In this document: piece after piece, positions 31,747 through 42,041 of the stretch
Layout of the letters: the number at the start of each line of letters is the position of its first letter
Numbering within the stretch: the first letter of the stretch is position 1
From: a virus
Lineage: Duplodnaviria; Heunggongvirae; Uroviricota; Caudoviricetes
DNA: 52,849 nucleotides
Reading direction: 5' to 3' (one strand)
Virus record (IMG/VR): IMGVR_UViG_3300045988_151019
Translations under genes and position numbers: made by a program
Notes under the pieces: generated by a model
Databases searched by the model: none
Told to the model about the DNA's origin: nothing
Seen by the model: only the letters and a program-made list of their open reading frames with translations

Positions 31747-33452
31747 TGAGTAACTTACGCGAATACCAGAATCGTATTGCAGATATCGCAAAACGCTCTA
31801 AAGCTGTGCTTGGCTGGGCAAGCACTGCGCAGTTCGGTACTGATAACCAATTCATTAAAGATGATGCCGCGCGTGCCGCATCTATCCTTGAAGCTGCACG
31901 TAAAGACCCAATTTTTGCGGGTATCTCTGATAATGCCACCGCTCAAATCGCTACAGCGTGGGCAAGTGCACTGGCTGACTACGCCGCAACACATAAATCT
32001 ATGCCACGTCCGGAAATTCTGGCCTCCTGCCATCAGACGCTGGAAAACTGCCTGATTGAGTCCACCCGCAATAGCATGGACGCCACCAATAAAGCGATGC
32101 TGGAATCAGTCGCGGCAGAGATGATGAGTGTTTCTGACGGGGTTATGCGTCTGCCTTTATTCTTGGCGATGATCCTGCCTGTTCAGTTGGGGGCAGCTAC
32201 CGCTGATGCGTGTACATTCATTCCGGTTACGCGTGACAAGTCCGAAATCTATGAAATCTTTAACGTAGCGGGTTCTTCTTTTGGCTCCTATGCTATTGGT
32301 GATGTTCTGGACATGCAATCCGTTGGCGTGTACAGCCAGTTGCGCCGCCGCTATGTGCTGGTTGCAAGCTCCGACGGCACCAGCAAAACTGCAACCTTCA
32401 AGATGGAAGATGTCGAAGGTCAGAATGTCCCGATTCGCAAAGGTCGCACAAACATCTACGTTAACCGTATTAAGTCTGTTGTTGATAACGGGTCCGGTAC
32501 TCTGCTTCACACATTCAATAACAAAGCAGGCGAACAAATCACTGTTACTTGCTCTTTGAATTACAACGTTGGTCAGATTGCCCTGTCGTTCTCCAAAGCG
32601 CCGGATAAAGGCACTGAGATCGCCATTGAGGCGGAGATCAATATAGAAGCAGCTCCTGAGCTGATCCCACTTATCAACCACGAAATGAAGAGTTACACCC
32701 TGTTCCCAAACCAGTTCGTCATCGCGGCTGAGCACACGGTACAGGCGGCGTATGAAGCACAGCGTGAATTTGGTCTGGATCTTGGCTCCCTACAGTTCCG
32801 CACCCTGAAGGAATACCTGTCCCATGAGCAAGATATGCTTCGTCTTCGTATCATGATTTGGCGAACTCTTGCGACCGACTCCTTTGATATTGCACTACCA
32901 GCTAACCAGACCTTTGATGTGTGGGCAACCATCATTCGAGGCAAATTCCAGACGGTATATCGCGGTATTATTGAGCGTGTTAAATCTTCTGGTGCGATGG
33001 GGATGTATGCCGGTGCTGATGCGGCATCTTTCTTCAAACAATTGCCGAAGGATTTCTTCCAGCCAGCAGAAGATTACATCCAGACCCCATACGTCCACTA
33101 CATTGGCACTCTGTTCGGCAACGTCAAAGTGTTCGAAGTACCAGAAGGTATTTGTACGAACCTGACCGCCGACGGTATCCAGTTCAGCCCAATGGATGTG
33201 CTGTGCTACGTCCGTGATGAAAATCCGGGCAAAGCGGGCTTCGTAACTGGTGATGCAGTCCCGGCTGTCCCATTCCAGCATCCGACCACCCCGGCACTAG
33301 TCAACCGAACCACTCTGTGGGGTTCGGCTATCAACGATATGCATCCACGCAACGGTGCTGACTACTTCACCCGTGTAACTCTGACTATGGCAAAAAATGG
33401 CGGAATTAACTTCCTGACCGGTAACACGATTGATGCTGGTGACTCTGAGTAA
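31747..33452 (+). CDS. putative major head protein precursor (TTG start after AAGGAAGAG; ORF track ATG at 31725)
   Basis: About 568 aa; helical N-terminal region could be a cleavable scaffold-like domain; followed by hairpin. Confidence 0.45.
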
Positions 33453-33478
33453 TCAGGGGAAGCTCTCCGTTTAACATA

Positions 33479-33497
33479 GCGCCCCCGCGCGGGGCGC
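33479..33497 (+). other. GC-rich hairpin GCGCCCC-cgcgc-GGGGCGC after head gene (no T-run)
   Basis: Read directly. Confidence 0.4.
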
Positions 33498-33512
33498 ATA
33501 ACAGGGAAAGTT

Positions 33513-35102
33513 ATGTCTCAATATTCAATTCAACAGTCATTAGGTAATGCATCCGGCGTCGCGGTTAGCCCGATCAATGCCGATGCGACGTTATCTACCG
33601 GTGTTGCATTAAATAGCAGCTTGTGGGCTGGTATTGGCGTATTTGCGCGTGGCAAGCCGTTTACTGTTCTTGCGGTTACTGAGTCCAATTACGAAGATGT
33701 TCTTGGCGAACCGCTGAAGCCGTCTTCCGGCTCACAGTTTGAACCAATTCGCCATGTGTACGAAGCTATTCAGCAAACGTCTGGTTATGTTGTCCGTGCT
33801 GTTCCGGATGATGCGAAGTTCCCGATTATTATGTTCGATGAATCAGGCGAACCGGCTAACAGTGCGTTGCCATACGGTTCTGAAATTGAACTTGATAGCG
33901 GCGAAGCCTTTGCTATCTACGTTGATGATGGTGATCCGTGTATTTCACCTACCCGTGAGTTAACCATCGAAACGGCAACAGCGGACAGCGCGGGTAATGA
34001 ACGCTTCCTCTTAAAACTGACCCAGACGACTTCGCTCGGTGTGGTAACGACCCTGGAGACACACACTGTGTCTTTGGCGGAAGAAGCGAAAGATGACATG
34101 GGCCGCTTGTGTTATCTGCCTACGGCTCTGGAAGCCCGTTCTAAATATCTGCGTGCGGTTGTTAATGAAGAGCTGATTTCTACAGCGAAAGTAACAAATA
34201 AAAAATCGGTGGCATTCACTGGCGGTACCAATGGCGATCAGTCGAAAATCTCAACCGCTGCTTACCTGCGTGCGGTTAAAGTGCTGAATAATGCGCCGTA
34301 CATGTACACCGCTGTTCTTGGCCTGGGCTGCTATGACAATGCGGCTATCACCGCATTAGGTAAAATCTGTGCAGATCGCCTGATTGATGGCTTCTTTGAT
34401 GTCAAACCGACATTAAGGTACGCAGAAGCACTAACAGCTGTTGAGGGTACCGGTTTACTTGGTACCGATTATGTAAGCTGTTCTGTCTATCACTACCCGT
34501 TCTCCTGCAAAGACAAATGGACCCAATCCCGTGTGGTCTTCGGTCTGTCTGGCGCGGCGTATGCGGCGAAAGCTCGTGGCGTCAAGAAAAACTCTGATGT
34601 CGGCGGTTGGCATTACTCACCGGCTGGTGAAGAACGTGCCGTCATTGCTCGTGCGTCAATTCAACCGCTGTATCCGGAAGATACCCCGGACGAAGAAGCA
34701 ATGGTCAAGGGCCGTCTCAATAAAGTATCTGTTGGCACCTCTGGCCAGATGATCATCGACGATGCTTTAACTTGCTGCACGCAGGATAACTATCTGCACT
34801 TCCAGCACGTCCCATCCCTGATGAATGCAATCAGTCGTTTCTTTGTCCAGTTAGCCCGACAGATGAAGCATAGCCCGGACGGTATTACTGCGGCTGGCCT
34901 GACTAAAGGGATGACCAAACTTTTAGATCGCTTTGTCGCCTCCGGCGCTCTGGTGGCTCCTCGTGATCCCGATGCTGACGGTACAGAACCGTATGTGCTG
35001 AAAGTTACGCAGGCGGAATTCGATAAATGGGAAGTAGTCTGGGCCTGCTGCCCGACTGGCGTAGCCCGTCGTATCCAGGGCGTACCGCTGCTTATTAAGT
35101 AA
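33513..35102 (+). CDS. contractile tail sheath protein candidate
   Basis: 529 aa; N-terminal GIGVFARGKPFTVLAVTESNYEDVLGEP resembles sheath N-domains; followed by tube-sized genes. Confidence 0.5.
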   Translation: MSQYSIQQSLGNASGVAVSPINADATLSTGVALNSSLWAGIGVFARGKPFTVLAVTESNYEDVLGEPLKPSSGSQFEPIRHVYEAIQQTSGYVVRAVPDDAKFPIIMFDESGEPANSALPYGSEIELDSGEAFAIYVDDGDPCISPTRELTIETATADSAGNERFLLKLTQTTSLGVVTTLETHTVSLAEEAKDDMGRLCYLPTALEARSKYLRAVVNEELISTAKVTNKKSVAFTGGTNGDQSKISTAAYLRAVKVLNNAPYMYTAVLGLGCYDNAAITALGKICADRLIDGFFDVKPTLRYAEALTAVEGTGLLGTDYVSCSVYHYPFSCKDKWTQSRVVFGLSGAAYAAKARGVKKNSDVGGWHYSPAGEERAVIARASIQPLYPEDTPDEEAMVKGRLNKVSVGTSGQMIIDDALTCCTQDNYLHFQHVPSLMNAISRFFVQLARQMKHSPDGITAAGLTKGMTKLLDRFVASGALVAPRDPDADGTEPYVLKVTQAEFDKWEVVWACCPTGVARRIQGVPLLIK

Positions 35103-35111
35103 GGGAATACA

Positions 35112-35927
35112 ATGAGCAAAAACTTTTTTCAATCCGGGGCATTTTTGGGGAATGGACTGTCCCGTTTCGCTTTGAACTCTGATCCTGTGCAGTTGATGGA
35201 GTCTGCCCGAGCAAGCGCCGAACCGCCAACAGATCCGGTTATTAATAATAATCCGGAACCGGCGGCACAGACTAACGATAACGTTCCATCTGCCCCGGCT
35301 CCAGAGCAAATCCTGGAAGGGAAAGACGGTAAAGAATGGACCGTCGAACAGGCGCACCAGATGATTCTGGAAGCTGCAAATCGAAGTGCTATGCAGAATG
35401 CGTTGAGTGATGCGGCCGACGCCGTTTTCTCCTGGGCTGATAGCGGTGATCTGACTTTCGACTCCCTTGATGGTTTCGTTCAGGCTATCGCTGGTATCTC
35501 TGATGACGACGACTCCGAAGTTACAGAAGAACAGGACGATGCCTATAACGAAGCATGGGCAAATGTTGCTGACTTCCTCGCAGCATGCGGTGTAGATGAT
35601 GACCTGATCGAAGCACTGGCTGACGATGAAGACGACGACGCTGCTGCTGATGTTGGTGCCTCTATCGCTGGTTTAGATAGCGACGACCGCGACGAACTGG
35701 AAGCGGCGTTTGTTGTTGCTGGCACTTCTGATGAAATGCTGACTGAAGCATTTAAGAAGGTTGTTCGTAACGGTGAGATCAAACTCATCCGTAAACGCCT
35801 GCGTAAAAAACGTCTGACTGCGGCTCAAAAATCGGCGCTGAAAAAAGCGCGTCGAAAAGCCCAGACCGGCGCGGCAAAACTTGCCCGCAAAAAGTCAATG
35901 AAACTGCGCCGTAAGCGCCTTGGCTAA
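35112..35927 (+). CDS. acidic protein with poly-basic C-terminal tail
   Basis: 271 aa; acidic core, last 45 aa about 50% K/R. Confidence 0.45.
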   Translation: MSKNFFQSGAFLGNGLSRFALNSDPVQLMESARASAEPPTDPVINNNPEPAAQTNDNVPSAPAPEQILEGKDGKEWTVEQAHQMILEAANRSAMQNALSDAADAVFSWADSGDLTFDSLDGFVQAIAGISDDDDSEVTEEQDDAYNEAWANVADFLAACGVDDDLIEALADDEDDDAAADVGASIAGLDSDDRDELEAAFVVAGTSDEMLTEAFKKVVRNGEIKLIRKRLRKKRLTAAQKSALKKARRKAQTGAAKLARKKSMKLRRKRLG

Positions 35928-35934
35928 AGGAGGA

Positions 35935-35952
35935 GGCCGGAGAACTCCGGCC
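35935..35952 (+). terminator. hairpin GGCCGGAG-aa-CTCCGGCC followed by TTT
   Basis: Read directly. Confidence 0.4.
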
Positions 35953-35962
35953 TTTAACTTGA

Positions 35963-36544
35963 ATGGCACCTATACCTTATGGGGTTTACAGCCAGGCTGA
36001 CGGTGTATCGCCATTTCTGAAAGTTACTTTAACGAACTCTCAGTACCAGGTTACCGGATATATCAGCCAGGGGGCAGCAATGAACATGGCCCAGAATTGG
36101 GAAGCGCCGTTTACCGGTATGTCCATGGGGTCTGTTGCTGGTGCTTTCAGTGGTTTTGCGCAGGTTGGTACTGAAACAACGTCGGTGGCCCGTTGGAACA
36201 GCTTAATGGTTTGGGAGGGGGGAACACCGCCGACTTTCACGCTGCCTGTAACTTTCATCGCTTTGTTTGACCCATTCACGGAGGTTTCAGGAGCTATCGC
36301 CGCATTGTCAGCGATGATTAGCCCGGAACTTAAAGATGCCAGCATTGGTGGTCGAATACCGGAGCGTGTGACGCTAAACATTGGTCGCCGGATCAACATC
36401 ATTGATGTCGCTATCCAGGACATAAGTTTCGATCTCGATGCGCCCAGGGACAGCAATGGGCATTTCCTGAAAAACACCGTCAACCTCCAGTTGACCGGTT
36501 CTTCGATATATAACAGCTCCGATATTGTTCGGGCGTTCCAGTAA
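35963..36544 (+). CDS. putative tail structural protein (193 aa)
   Basis: ORF track; Gly/Ala-rich. Confidence 0.45.
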   Translation: MAPIPYGVYSQADGVSPFLKVTLTNSQYQVTGYISQGAAMNMAQNWEAPFTGMSMGSVAGAFSGFAQVGTETTSVARWNSLMVWEGGTPPTFTLPVTFIALFDPFTEVSGAIAALSAMISPELKDASIGGRIPERVTLNIGRRINIIDVAIQDISFDLDAPRDSNGHFLKNTVNLQLTGSSIYNSSDIVRAFQ

Positions 36545-36555
36545 AAGGATTTTAT

Positions 36556-37065
36556 ATGGGGCACAATAACACTAAGGGAAACCGTAAATTTATTAAGGGC
36601 CGCTATACTGCCAACGCGGCCAAAGGCGAACGACTGGTATCTTCTGAATTCCAGCTCACTTTTGCAGGCCATGAAGATATCAGCGTACTGGTTCGCACGT
36701 CGCAAATTCCTGAAATGACCCGCGAGGATGTGGAGGACTATGGTCCGAATGGTGTGAAGTTCAACCAGCACGGTCCAATTCGAAACTCTGGGGAAATCCA
36801 GGTCCAGTGCGTGGAGACTATCGAAGGCGATATTCTTCAGTTCATTAAAGATCGCATTGCGGCGAAGGACTATGTTGATATCACGATGGCTGCGACCCCT
36901 GAATCCAAATCTTCCGGGGTTAACGCTGTGACAAAAGCTGCTACAACAATTGAAATGTTGGACTGCAAAATCTACAGTGATGCAATCGACTTTAGTACCG
37001 AAGATGTGACTGCCGCTGTGCGCCCGTCACTTCGTATCGTCTACAACTGGATTGAGTGGGATTAA
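36556..37065 (+). CDS. tail tube protein candidate
   Basis: 169 aa; size and C-terminal IVYNWIEWD resemble myovirus tube proteins. Confidence 0.45.
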   Translation: MGHNNTKGNRKFIKGRYTANAAKGERLVSSEFQLTFAGHEDISVLVRTSQIPEMTREDVEDYGPNGVKFNQHGPIRNSGEIQVQCVETIEGDILQFIKDRIAAKDYVDITMAATPESKSSGVNAVTKAATTIEMLDCKIYSDAIDFSTEDVTAAVRPSLRIVYNWIEWD

Positions 37066-37084
37066 GAGTCATCCCTTGTATTTT

Positions 37085-37107
37085 AAAGCTCCTTCGGGAG
37101 CTTTTTT
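37085..37107. terminator. bidirectional terminator AAAGCTCC-ttcg-GGAGCTTT + T-run
   Basis: Read directly; serves the convergent structural operon and hok mRNA. Confidence 0.55.
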
Positions 37108-37181
37108 ATTTGGAGAGGAAAGGGTGCATTGAGGATACCTGACACACGAAGAGTGGCGGAGATCTCTCCCCGCCAGGTCTC

Positions 37182-37337
37182 TTACCTTTCAGATTCGTAG
37201 GCTGTGAAGACAGTGACCTCCGTCTGGCTGGTTCGGATTCGTACCTCGCAGAGGTCTTTCCTCGTTACCAGTGCCGTCACAATGACGGTTAAACAGATGA
37301 CGATCAGAGCGATTAACATCGCTTTTTGCTGCTTCAT
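37182..37337 (-). CDS. hok: Hok/Gef-family type I toxin (51 aa)
   Basis: MKQQKAMLIALIVICLTVIVTALVTRKDLCEVRIRTSQTEVTVFTAYESER, near-identical to chromosomal HokC/Gef and HokD/RelF as I recall them. Confidence 0.85.
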   Translation of the reverse strand: MKQQKAMLIALIVICLTVIVTALVTRKDLCEVRIRTSQTEVTVFTAYESER

Positions 37338-37395
37338 AGCCTGCTTCTCCTTGACCTTTTGGTCGGTAAGAGGCTAATCTACGTATGCTAAGCAT
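37189..37395 (-). CDS. mok: Mok-like overlapping reading frame (modulation of killing)
   Basis: 68-aa ORF overlapping hok in another frame, as in hok/mok/sok loci. Confidence 0.5.
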   Translation of the reverse strand: MLSIRRLASYRPKGQGEAGYEAAKSDVNRSDRHLFNRHCDGTGNEERPLRGTNPNQPDGGHCLHSLRI

Positions 37396-37450
37396 AGATA
37401 TGGCCTCAGATTAATGTTAAGCGTCTTGCAGGACGCGTAATGTTATCTGG
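37349..37450 (+). ncRNA. putative Sok-like antisense RNA and its promoter (boundaries approximate)
   Basis: Plus-strand TTGACC-18 nt-TAATCT promoter at 37349-37377, antisense to the mok start region. Confidence 0.3.
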
Positions 37451-37518
37451 GGCTTTCTTCTATCTGCTTTTCGGGTAATGCCTGAAGCAGATAGCCTCAA
37501 GCACCCGCAACGATTGTA

Positions 37519-37764
37519 TCAATGTCTGGCTTTTTTTCTATAGAAATCACCTGGAAGGGTGAATATCCACATCAGAAGAAATGTTGCAGCAAACATGATC
37601 CCTAATGGCCAGACCGCGCCAAAGAAAATCCATACTAAGATCTTCTCTGCTTGTTCTTTGCGGTCGATATCGACAAGCATTTTTCGGCTGATCATGTATA
37701 CACAGAAGCCAATACAAACATATCCTGCAAAAGCGATCGCTAACTGTAAAAAATCAGATTGCAT
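37519..37764 (-). CDS. small two-helix membrane protein downstream of repL (start ATG at 37764)
   Basis: ORF track frame 37519-37845; two hydrophobic helices. Confidence 0.4.
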   Translation of the reverse strand: MQSDFLQLAIAFAGYVCIGFCVYMISRKMLVDIDRKEQAEKILVWIFFGAVWPLGIMFAATFLLMWIFTLPGDFYRKKARH

Positions 37765-37814
37765 CTCCGACCTCAAACTGAAAACGCCAGGTAACTCCAG
37801 ATTAGAGCAATCTA

Positions 37815-38660
37815 TCACCCTCTGAATCCTGCCGGTATACCCCATTGTTCGTTATCTTTATTTTTGGCTAAAACCGCATTAAGAGCTTCGTTTACCGTCA
37901 TGCAATGCGGCAGATTATCGAAGTTTGATACCCCGCCAATATCAGGAGAACGCTTGTTCTTCAGGTAAGCATATTTCCGCGCTGCCGCCTCTACTTTCTG
38001 CTTGAACTCATGTTTTTGTGCGCGTTTTTTGGATAACCGCAGATTGTCAGCCTTTGCTTTTGTCTCAGCGATCCATGAAGTCAATTTTTTGAGTCTGATC
38101 GTTCCGGCACCGCCGGAAACTGATCTTTTTGTTTTTTTAACTTGTGACTTCTTATTCTTTATTGCCACGTCATCCTGACATGGGGAGGGGGTATCATTTT
38201 GACATGGGGGTGTGGATAAAAAATTAAATAAAGCCAATGTCTTAGCGAGAACAGCTTTAACCTTGGTTGCCGCTGAAGAGATCTTTAATTTGCTTTCAAT
38301 CAGCGCATTTTTGGCTTGTTGTGCGAAGGCCAAAAAGGATGGTGTAAACCGGTACAGGTTAGCGCGACGTTCACGGTGATCGCCGATAACAATCTCTACA
38401 GATAGAATTCCTTTGTTTACAGCTTCACGGAATGCACGAACGACGGTTGATTGGCTATAACCAGTTTCTGCCGCGATCAGGCGGTGGGGCTTGTGAATGA
38501 AGTATTCACTGGTTGTTGCCGCGAGATTTGCACATTGCGACAGGATATGCCCGGCGCTACGGGATAGACCGGAGTGTGTTACAAAGAAGGCCAATTCATA
38601 GCCAGAAAAAGTAAAATCGCTCATCGTTATACAGCTCAGGAAAGTGACTTTAGCCAGCAT
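37815..38660 (-). CDS. repL: lytic (L-replicon) replication initiation protein RepL
   Basis: 281 aa; downstream of kilA in a C1-operator-controlled operon. Confidence 0.7.
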   Translation of the reverse strand: MLAKVTFLSCITMSDFTFSGYELAFFVTHSGLSRSAGHILSQCANLAATTSEYFIHKPHRLIAAETGYSQSTVVRAFREAVNKGILSVEIVIGDHRERRANLYRFTPSFLAFAQQAKNALIESKLKISSAATKVKAVLAKTLALFNFLSTPPCQNDTPSPCQDDVAIKNKKSQVKKTKRSVSGGAGTIRLKKLTSWIAETKAKADNLRLSKKRAQKHEFKQKVEAAARKYAYLKNKRSPDIGGVSNFDNLPHCMTVNEALNAVLAKNKDNEQWGIPAGFRG

Positions 38661-38689
38661 TACAATGCTGGTGGTTCTTACTACGTCTG

Positions 38690-39466
38690 TTAGCGCGTTG
38701 CCGCGACAGGTACCAGCACACCAGCATCAAGCAATCGCTTCATCAGCCACTGCTGACCTTTGCCGGTTATACGAGTCGTGAAAGAAATCCTGCTTCCATT
38801 GCTTGTATCGATCACGGTTTCTTTAAGGGTGAAATACCCACGGGATATGTATTCTTGTTTGGGGACGTTCCTGCGTTCACCGGTTGCGATCAGAATTCCG
38901 TTATCACGCAACCAGGTGAAGAGATAGTTTTGGCCCAGGCCGAGCACTTTGGCATAGTTGCCGATTAGAACCCCGCTGGCGGTAGCAACGCGTTCGGCGA
39001 ATTCGACTTTAGGTGCATCCATCAGCATTTTTTGCTCCAGCCGTTGCTTTTGCTCTGCCAGGTCAGCAGCCAAACGGAGAGCTTCTGGGAGGCTCTTCGG
39101 AATAGCAGGTTGTAATCTTCCGGCTCGATAGTCGATAAATGTCTGGTTTACCTTCAGCCGAAACGCGGGAGAAATCCAGCCTGCGTACTCCACTGCGAGC
39201 AATTCATGGGCAAAAGTGCCGCCGCCACGGCCTTCGAACGAAACTATGCAATTCTGCATAGTTTCTTTTTCAAGCTCTTCGATGAGCTGTTTGGCTGACA
39301 GCGTTCTTAGCCATTGAGCTGGCGCTTTATGGGCACCGAGTCCGCTCGCTCTGTGTAGAGCATTAAGGTTGTAACGGCCAGCGCGGTCGGTCGTAATTTC
39401 AACACCACAAATAACGGGCAGAGTGGTTGAAGGATCGACATTTTGATGAAGGTTTGATATATTCAT
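38690..39466 (-). CDS. kilA: KilA (KilA-N domain / antirepressor-like C-terminus)
   Basis: 258 aa; C-terminal half paralogous to ant C-terminus (LPEALRLAA-LAEQK...GKGQQWL). Confidence 0.7.
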   Translation of the reverse strand: MNISNLHQNVDPSTTLPVICGVEITTDRAGRYNLNALHRASGLGAHKAPAQWLRTLSAKQLIEELEKETMQNCIVSFEGRGGGTFAHELLAVEYAGWISPAFRLKVNQTFIDYRAGRLQPAIPKSLPEALRLAADLAEQKQRLEQKMLMDAPKVEFAERVATASGVLIGNYAKVLGLGQNYLFTWLRDNGILIATGERRNVPKQEYISRGYFTLKETVIDTSNGSRISFTTRITGKGQQWLMKRLLDAGVLVPVAATR

Positions 39467-39559
39467 ATCCGCATTGAATGTTTGTTGAATTTTTTCTCCA
39501 AATTTGCATCAACCTTCAATCACCAGCTCGAAATGGTGATTCTTTGCACTTAGAAAACG

Positions 39560-39576
39560 AAATTTATTAGAGCAAA
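39560..39576 (-). promoter_or_regulatory. C1-type operator motif (plus strand AAATTTATTAGAGCAAA) upstream of kilA-repL
   Basis: 16/17 consensus match. Confidence 0.55.
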
Positions 39577-39654
39577 TTTTTCTGACTCGATCCAGATCGG
39601 GTTGGACGATCTGCTCAGAAACCTGCCAGTTTGCTGGCAGGTTTTTTTCTTTTG

Positions 39655-40689
39655 TTAACCTATTGCTACTGGTTTTAACAAACCAGCATCAAGTAGCTTG
39701 CGAGTTAACCACTGCTGGCCTTTACCCGTTAATTGTGGCGTCAGCCGTATCTGATAGCCATTTTCATCATCCAGCACCACTTCTTTCACCGTGAAATACC
39801 CGGCGTTAATGTACTGCTGGCGCGGTACGTTTTTGCGCGCACCAAAAGCCATGAGAATGCCGTTCTGGCGCAACCATGAGAAAAGGGCGTTTTGCTTAAG
39901 TCCAACGACCTTTGCAAAGTTACCGATCAGGATTCCATTAGCCACTGATACCCGGTCGGCAAAATCGACTTTAGGTGCTGCGGCCACCAGCTGTTGTTCC
40001 AGATGCATTTTCTGTTCTGCCAACTCGGCAGCCAGGCGTAGGGCTTCTGGTAATGTTTGGGGGATCGATGGGGTAGGGGAGTTTGCCTGCTGTAATTCTT
40101 CCAGTTTGTCGATCAGCGAACGGCGGACCGCTTTTGACTCGCGCGCGGCAACTCGCAGGGCTTGTTTGTAGGTCATGGTTATAATATCTATTTCTGCGCC
40201 GTTTTTTTGACCTACGAAAATTTCGTAGGTTTCTCCTTCAAGCTCATCCTTAACTCTGGCAATGAAATCATTGTTGCGAACTGGTTTTTCGCTACATAAT
40301 TTCCGTGCCTCATTGACCATCTTCAACAATGTTTGGCTGTCGATTGTGTCTCCGGTGTTGGGGATGACATTCAGGGCTGGTGCTGGCGTAGCTGAAGCAA
40401 CAGGTGCTGGTTTTTCAACATTTAAATTATTACCGGTCATTCTATGTGCCTCCTTTCTCATTTCTGCTGCCACTGTTGCGTAACGTAGACGTCCTTGTTC
40501 AATCAAATAATCCCTGATCTCGGCTATCAGTAGCCTGTTGATCACAGCCTTATCTGTTCGGGTATAAAAACGCCTGGTTATCATGAAATAGTTGGCAATT
40601 GCGCCGGGGATCTCCCGTGTCGGCATACAGATTGTATGCAAGGCGATCGCTTCGGCTATTTCATTACGGGTGACGAGAGGTGTTTTCAT
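39655..40689 (-). CDS. ant: antirepressor Ant (Ant1 with in-frame Ant2)
   Basis: 344 aa; shares C-terminal module with KilA; ATGA-coupled to icd. Confidence 0.75.
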   Translation of the reverse strand: MKTPLVTRNEIAEAIALHTICMPTREIPGAIANYFMITRRFYTRTDKAVINRLLIAEIRDYLIEQGRLRYATVAAEMRKEAHRMTGNNLNVEKPAPVASATPAPALNVIPNTGDTIDSQTLLKMVNEARKLCSEKPVRNNDFIARVKDELEGETYEIFVGQKNGAEIDIITMTYKQALRVAARESKAVRRSLIDKLEELQQANSPTPSIPQTLPEALRLAAELAEQKMHLEQQLVAAAPKVDFADRVSVANGILIGNFAKVVGLKQNALFSWLRQNGILMAFGARKNVPRQQYINAGYFTVKEVVLDDENGYQIRLTPQLTGKGQQWLTRKLLDAGLLKPVAIG

Positions 40690-40907
40690 AAACCCCCCTG
40701 AACGTCGGCAGAGAAGGGGAGGCTCCAGTAACTAAGTGAATTGCGCGAGTTAGTTGAAAAACGGGCAGTAAAAATGCAGGGGCCATCAGGCAATTGAGAG
40801 CGTGCTTCGTCTTCTGTTGCAGCGATAACGAAGTGATAGTGGTGTTTTTTACAGGAATAGAAACGCCAGATGAATTCTTGGCGTGCGCAAGGATTGGCAT
40901 TAACCAT
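40686..40907 (-). CDS. icd: Icd-like small protein (cell-division interference), coupled to ant
   Basis: 73-aa ORF ending in ATGA overlap with ant start. Confidence 0.55.
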   Translation of the reverse strand: MVNANPCARQEFIWRFYSCKKHHYHFVIAATEDEARSQLPDGPCIFTARFSTNSRNSLSYWSLPFSADVQGGL

Positions 40908-40909
40908 AG

Positions 40910-41200
40910 TTACGGCCTCGTAAGTTGATAAACAACCTGCGACCCGCTGCTAAACAGGTGGCAGGACGTGACGGGGTTAGCAGACTGGCACTTACGAAAC
41001 CAGCAGGCCGAAGCCTCCCCATCACGCCCCACCATAATTCGGGCGTAACGTGGTTTACGGACACAAAAATACCGCAATATCGGAAATCTGCGGTTGTCCG
41101 CGTAAGTATTCAGGCTGCTAAACCCGGTCGCAGAATTTGCTACGACGGCGGAACTATAAGCCTGAACGATTAAAAGGTCAATATGATGCGAAAAGATAGC
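40910..41200 (-). ncRNA. immI leader region expected to hold the c4 antisense RNA and its target repeats (boundaries not resolved)
   Basis: No protein-coding signal; repeated GCTGCTAAAC at 40946 and 41113; sits between operator and icd. Confidence 0.3.
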
Positions 41201-41219
41201 ATTCGCGACTTAAAAATAC

Positions 41220-41236
41220 AAATTTATTAGAGCATT
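41220..41236 (-). promoter_or_regulatory. C1-type operator motif (plus strand AAATTTATTAGAGCATT)
   Basis: 16/17 consensus match. Confidence 0.55.
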
Positions 41237-41305
41237 GTGTGCTTAATAAATACACAATTGGATCTAATAACCTCTTTTTTTTAAAGGCGAAAATATGTAC
41301 CCTAA

Positions 41306-41980
41306 ATGAGTTATAAGGCAGGTGAGGTTATAATGAGAAAACTATTACTACCGTTATTATTTATGGCTGGGACTGTTAATGCAGCATCAAGCGTAAAGGA
41401 GATTTGTACCGATTATACGAAATACCTTGGGCACGTTTACGGCTTTGCTGTCAGTCAAGACGAATCCATGCGCAAGAAGTTACTGTCAGATATGAAACGC
41501 CTTAAACTTTCTGAAGCGATGGTGCAGCAAGAACTGTATAAAGTCGCAACCAACGAAAATGCTAAATATCAATATTCTCGCCTGTTAAATCCCGACGCAA
41601 ACGAGATCAATCGAAGCTCTTTCGATTATATGGTAAAGGCATGCGAAACCGCTCCTGATTTTGCTATTCCTAGCTGGGGTGTGCTGGTGGCGAGCAATGC
41701 CGTTAATAAAGAAGACGTTGGAAGAAATGGCATTGACTCAATCAGAAATGCCCCTGGAATGCGCCATCAAAACGTGCAGGGTACGCTTGAAGAGCGGGCC
41801 AGGGGGCCGGGTACAAACTCCCCAATGGGAAACCTCTCACCAGAGGAATTGCAAGAGTATAACCAACGGATGGAGCAGTATGAGAAAGCGGCACGCGAAC
41901 AAATGGAACAACAAAAGAACGGCTCACTTAATACCTTTCAGCAAGGTTTAAAAGCGCTTAATTTACCATATGAATGGTAA
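41306..41980 (+). CDS. secreted periplasmic protein, Sim (superinfection immunity)-like candidate; probable start MRKLLL at 41333
   Basis: Signal peptide MRKLLLPLLFMAGTVNA; about 24 kDa; AT-rich codon usage. Confidence 0.45.
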   Translation: MSYKAGEVIMRKLLLPLLFMAGTVNAASSVKEICTDYTKYLGHVYGFAVSQDESMRKKLLSDMKRLKLSEAMVQQELYKVATNENAKYQYSRLLNPDANEINRSSFDYMVKACETAPDFAIPSWGVLVASNAVNKEDVGRNGIDSIRNAPGMRHQNVQGTLEERARGPGTNSPMGNLSPEELQEYNQRMEQYEKAAREQMEQQKNGSLNTFQQGLKALNLPYEW

Positions 41981-42041
41981 ATATATTATGGATAACCAAT
42001 TAAAATATTGATAATCGTTAATCTCCAAAGGAGATAAATTA

